A stretch of 64,000 nucleotides of DNA from Leptospirales bacterium. Lineage in GTDB: Bacteria > Spirochaetota > Leptospiria > Turneriellales > JAOUFE01. Location: positions 11,639-75,638 of the forward strand of contig JBEQLE010000004.1 of the NCBI GenBank assembly GCA_040326155.1, read 5' to 3'. The translations under genes and the position numbers were made by a program. Below, piece after piece: positions 60,153 to 64,000 of the stretch; position 1 is the first letter of the stretch, and each line of letters begins with the position of its first letter. Under the pieces are notes generated by a model, which worked only from the letters and a program-made list of their open reading frames with translations, made no database searches and was not told the DNA's origin.

Positions 60153-61736
60153 ATGATCGCGACACATAAGGTTAGTCTAAATTACGGCCAAAAGATATTA
60201 TTCGAAAACGTTAATATAAAATTTACCCCTGGTAACTGCTACGGTTTAATCGGCGCAAACGGAGCCGGGAAATCAACATTTTTAAAAATTCTCTCAGGAG
60301 AAATTGATGATTATTCCGGTGAAATTGAGATACCACAAAAGTGCCGCCTCTCTACCTTAAAACAAGAGCATAACGCTTTTGACGATAAGGTAGTTCTGGA
60401 AACCGTAATCATGGGTGACACTGCTCTAAGCGGCCTTATTCAGGAACGAGATATTATTTATGCGAAAGAAGATTTCAGCGACGCAGACGGTTTAAAAGCG
60501 GGGGAACTCGAAGAATCGATCGAAGAACATGGTGGTTACGAAGCTGAGTCAAACGCCAAACAGTTACTTTCGGGGCTGGGTGTAAAAGAGAATCTGCATA
60601 GCGAGAAAATGGGTAACCTTCGCGGGTCCGACAAAGTGAAAGTACTTCTGGCTCAATCTCTTTTTGGCTCCCCTGATATTTTATTACTGGATGAGCCGAC
60701 AAACAATCTTGATCTTTTTGCCATTAAATGGCTCGAAGAGTTTTTATTACGTTTTGACAAAACAGTGATTGTGGTAAGTCATGATAGACACTTTTTAAAT
60801 AAAGTCTGTACTCATATGGCTGATATCGATTTCAGTAAAATTACTTTGTTTGTGGGAAACTACGACTTCTGGTATGAATCGTCACAGTTGGTTCGTAAAC
60901 TTCAAAAAGACCAAAAGCAAAAAGCCGAAGATAAGGCGGCTCAACTGAAAGATTTTATCGCCCGATTCTCGGCAAACGCTTCGAAATCGAAACAGGCTAC
61001 GGGTCGAAAAAAAGAACTCGCTAAATTAAATCTCGATAATATAAAAGCCTCTACACGAAAATTTCCATTTATAGACTTTAAACCCGAACGCGAAGCAGGT
61101 AACGACTTGTTACATGTAGACTCCTTCACAATTGCAGAAGGCGATAAAAAATTCATTGAAAAAACTGGTTTTGAAATACGTAAAAATGATAAGGTCGCTT
61201 GTATGGGCGATGAATTGGCCATTTCCAAACTCTTTGAAGCGCTCGCCCAAAAAGAGTCTCCTGATGGAATAAAGTGGGGAGTAACAACGTCGAGGGCATG
61301 GTTCCCGGCAGATTATTCCGGTCTGTTTTCAGGCGCCGCAGGTGAACTTTCTTTAATTGACTGGTTGCGTCAATATTCCACCGAAAAGGATGAATCTTAT
61401 ATTCGGGGTTTTCTTGGCCGTATGCTTTTTGCCGGTGAAGAAGGAACAAAGCAAGTTAAAGTATTATCGGGTGGAGAAAAAGTCAGGATGATGTTTTCAA
61501 AATTGATGATGACCGGAGCCAACGTTCTTATCTTTGATAACCCTACAGCTCACCTGGACCTGGAGGCCATCCAGACCTTAAACGATGCAATGGTGCGGTT
61601 TCCCGGGACGATTATTTTTACCTCCCATGACCACCAGTTTCTGGATACAATAGCCAATAGAATCGCCGAAATTAAAGACGGTCATCTGAAAATGATCGAC
61701 AAATCATTCGACGAATATGTGGGCATTCAACAATAA
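60153..61736 (+). CDS. ABC-F family ATPase (YbiT/YkpA-like)
   Basis: GNCYGLIGANGAGKST, LLLDEPTNNLD, VSHDRHFLN, RFSANASKSKQAT, LSGGEKVR; no TM segments. Confidence 0.93.
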   Translation: MIATHKVSLNYGQKILFENVNIKFTPGNCYGLIGANGAGKSTFLKILSGEIDDYSGEIEIPQKCRLSTLKQEHNAFDDKVVLETVIMGDTALSGLIQERDIIYAKEDFSDADGLKAGELEESIEEHGGYEAESNAKQLLSGLGVKENLHSEKMGNLRGSDKVKVLLAQSLFGSPDILLLDEPTNNLDLFAIKWLEEFLLRFDKTVIVVSHDRHFLNKVCTHMADIDFSKITLFVGNYDFWYESSQLVRKLQKDQKQKAEDKAAQLKDFIARFSANASKSKQATGRKKELAKLNLDNIKASTRKFPFIDFKPEREAGNDLLHVDSFTIAEGDKKFIEKTGFEIRKNDKVACMGDELAISKLFEALAQKESPDGIKWGVTTSRAWFPADYSGLFSGAAGELSLIDWLRQYSTEKDESYIRGFLGRMLFAGEEGTKQVKVLSGGEKVRMMFSKLMMTGANVLIFDNPTAHLDLEAIQTLNDAMVRFPGTIIFTSHDHQFLDTIANRIAEIKDGHLKMIDKSFDEYVGIQQ

Positions 61737-61743
61737 GGCAAGA

Positions 61744-62109
61744 TTACGTTTTAAGTTTTCCCGCGATTGCCCAGGCACCGGATGCGATCATGACATCTTT
61801 CATAAATTGCATCATTTCGCCCTGGTTACCTTCCAGCATTGGTGGCAAATGAAGGGAAAATGCAAATATGAATATCATCACCCCGAGCAAAAATGCGGCA
61901 AGCCTGGCCATTTTGTTTATAATAATTCCTAACCCGCCGGCAATTAACGCGACGCCTGTCAAGTAAACCCAGAAAATTCCCCCGGGTAGAGGAACCATAG
62001 CTGCCATACCTTTGGCAGCCATAAAGTGACCAGCCCCAAAAACTAACATCGGCAAGGCAAACATAATATTGGCGACTCGCCCCGTAACCATAGTTATATA
62101 CTTATCCAT
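61744..62109 (-). CDS. DoxX family membrane protein
   Basis: AAGGAG RBS; FG.GHF...GM..MVP.PGG.FWVYLTG, KD...A.GA. Confidence 0.85.
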   Translation of the reverse strand: MDKYITMVTGRVANIMFALPMLVFGAGHFMAAKGMAAMVPLPGGIFWVYLTGVALIAGGLGIIINKMARLAAFLLGVMIFIFAFSLHLPPMLEGNQGEMMQFMKDVMIASGAWAIAGKLKT

Positions 62110-62308
62110 TGTACTCTCCTTAAATTAAAGACATTTTGAACATTGCTGCAAATGTACGAACGGAACAGAGTAAGGACCAATAAAAGTTGTACAATTATTA
62201 AAAAGTACAATAACCTCCTGGCGATCGTAATGTTCGGTTAGCCAAAAGAACCTCGGAACGGGTTGACAACAAGGCGGTAATTGAATCAACTGTTAATGGT
62301 TTTATTAT

Positions 62309-63178
62309 ATGAAACGCATTCTATATTTAACACTTCTGTATTTACTATTTTGTTATGCTCCGGCGATATTTTCGTCTTCACCTTCCGGGAGCGAAAAAAA
62401 CAGACAAATAGTTTCAGATTATCTGGTCACTTCGGGTTTTGAACATGTTTTAAATGAATATATAACAATGCTCTTTACGTATCAGGAAAACAGTTTATCG
62501 ACCTTTATAAAAAATGATTCGGTTTTTGCCTCAGAATCTTCTAAGCTGTTTTATAAGTATTTCAATATTACATCTTTATATTATGATATTCTTAGTATGT
62601 TGTCAAATTCAGGTAAAAGACCAATCGAAGGTTTTTTGACATTAGGTAATTACCAGAAAACTAAAACCGGTAAAAGAATGACATATTTTGAGAACCTTGC
62701 ATTTCAACCTTCCGAACTCGCCAAACTACCGGAATATATTGAATCGTTAAAAAATTCCCCGCCTGCCAAAAACCGGGTGAACTTGATCACTCGTCTCGAC
62801 AAAGCCGTTGAGGGTTCCCGAATTTCTACGCTGATGACAATGGGTTTTTTAAAGAATATTTTAATCGCTGTAAACAACGCCCTTCCGGAAAAAGAACAAA
62901 CGGACTCGGCTGCGATCGATGAATTGATTCAAGCACATTATCAAAAAAACCTTCCGGAATTTGAATCGGCAATGCAATCTGTGTATTTGTTTACGTATAG
63001 AATGGCCGGGGACGACGAGCTGAAAAAATATGTGGAACACTGTGAATCTCGCTCTGCCAGGCTGGCATCTCTTTCACTTGCAACGACCTTGTTGAAAGTA
63101 TTTCAAGATGTCGGTAACTCTTTTTCCGGCGAGTTGACCAAAGCTCTGGACCGGCATAGAACGAGAATGACGGAATAA
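62309..63178 (+). CDS. Secreted helical hypothetical protein
   Basis: Signal peptide; R..LI.RLD.A and FTYR...DDEL..Y..H.ES motifs. Confidence 0.75.
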   Translation: MKRILYLTLLYLLFCYAPAIFSSSPSGSEKNRQIVSDYLVTSGFEHVLNEYITMLFTYQENSLSTFIKNDSVFASESSKLFYKYFNITSLYYDILSMLSNSGKRPIEGFLTLGNYQKTKTGKRMTYFENLAFQPSELAKLPEYIESLKNSPPAKNRVNLITRLDKAVEGSRISTLMTMGFLKNILIAVNNALPEKEQTDSAAIDELIQAHYQKNLPEFESAMQSVYLFTYRMAGDDELKKYVEHCESRSARLASLSLATTLLKVFQDVGNSFSGELTKALDRHRTRMTE

Positions 63179-63227
63179 TATAAAAACTGTTTTACATAAC
63201 AACCTTGTTTTGTTTCGTTCCTTTATT

Positions 63228-63476
63228 ATGGAAGTAGGACTTGTATTATTAGTACTTTTTTTGTTTATGTTTGTCCAAGGGGTACTCTTGGCGATGATCA
63301 TGATGAAATTAAGTGACCTAAGTAATAGTCACGCAAGCTTGGAAGATCTGGATCATTTATCCAGGCAAATAGAAGAGTTACGTGACACTATAGCGCAATC
63401 GCAAAAGCCCCAGGCTAAGGAAAAAAGTAAGACGAAAAAGAAACCGGTTACGCGTGCAAAAAAAACAACCAAATAG
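63228..63476 (+). CDS. Small single-TM coiled-coil protein with basic tail
   Basis: MEVGLVLLVLFLFMFVQGVLLAMIMMKLSD... Confidence 0.7.
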   Translation: MEVGLVLLVLFLFMFVQGVLLAMIMMKLSDLSNSHASLEDLDHLSRQIEELRDTIAQSQKPQAKEKSKTKKKPVTRAKKTTK

Positions 63477-63479
63477 AAT

Positions 63480-63635
63480 TCACTTTTCTATTTGGTTCGT
63501 AAGTTTATCAATTTTTTCTTCTACCTGTGCCAGGGTATTTTTCACATCACCCAGCTTTATCAAAAGAATTGTCATAATGACACCGTGAATCAACATATAC
63601 AAAAATAAAACAACCAATACAAATAATACTTCCAT
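63480..63635 (-). CDS. 51-aa single-TM coiled-coil protein, paralog of 63228
   Basis: MEVLFVLVVLFLYMLIHGVIMTILLIKLGDVKNTLAQVEEKIDKLTNQIEK; GGTGG RBS. Confidence 0.75.
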   Translation of the reverse strand: MEVLFVLVVLFLYMLIHGVIMTILLIKLGDVKNTLAQVEEKIDKLTNQIEK

Positions 63636-63889
63636 TCTATTCCACCCATTCCTGTAATAAAGCTATAACAAATCTACGGGTTATGCTATAAAGTGAATTT
63701 TTTGCTTTACAATTTTACTGCACTTCTTATGTTTGTCAAAATTAATATATTTGGCTCAGCCAAATGAACTATTAACCAGAACTTCCTCCGTTGTGGGGAG
63801 CCGTTGCAGAGCGGGCCCTACGACACTTATCTGCATTTACAAACTATAAAACTCTTTACCGCAAAGGCGCAGTCTATTCTCTTCCATGT

Positions 63890-64000
63890 ATGAAGGTAAC
63901 TCTGGTTGAACCTTTTTACGGGGGCTCCCATAAGCAGTGGGCCGATGAGATTATGGAAAATCTCCCTTTTGATTTTTCCTTAATTTCGCTGCCCCCCAAA
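63890..64000 (+). CDS. DUF3524 (GTDC1-like) glycosyltransferase, N-terminus cut by the window end
   Basis: MKVTLVEPFYGGSHKQWAD...LISLPPK. Confidence 0.8.
   Translation, partial: MKVTLVEPFYGGSHKQWADEIMENLPFDFSLISLPPK

Noticed and set aside
1200-61449. Many short antisense or alternate-frame ORFs in the track
   Set aside because: They are shadows of well-supported genes; no tRNA or rRNA signatures were found either
62187-62210. TTGTAC-N12-GTACAA palindrome upstream of the DoxX gene
   Set aside because: Possible operator, but 6-bp arms arise by chance and no regulator is nearby

Overview
AT-rich chromosomal segment of a spirochaete, most likely Leptospirales-like. The evidence is a spirochaete-type FlaB, a CheA with a C-terminal CheC-like domain, a protein resembling the Leptospira LIC11274 family, and spirochaetal lipoprotein signals. 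Most of it is housekeeping and signalling: corC, recO, a TonB receptor/YfiR/hybrid kinase/PP2C module, srkA, cheA plus three cheY, lptF, coaX, htrA, lgt, sucA, a CNG K+ channel, trpB, lplA, flaB, a CPA2 antiporter, rarA, a UvrD helicase and an ABC-F protein. Features not shown by the ORF track: (i) an integrase-less cluster of integron-type gene cassettes at 11.2-13.4 kb (ParE toxin-antitoxin pair, nonsense-inactivated HNH nuclease with a canonical attC, 49-aa Cys/His microprotein); (ii) three distinct families of dispersed intergenic structured repeats whose stems covary between copies, one a 180-bp CTAG-bounded MITE; (iii) a decayed GNAT toxin-antitoxin/TPR island at 51-52.7 kb; (iv) a tight DnaA-box triplet after rarA; (v) several promoters positioned for leaderless mRNAs; (vi) unannotated small ORFs. 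No tRNA, rRNA, CRISPR array or transposase was seen. All family assignments come from motif recognition by eye, not from database searches.
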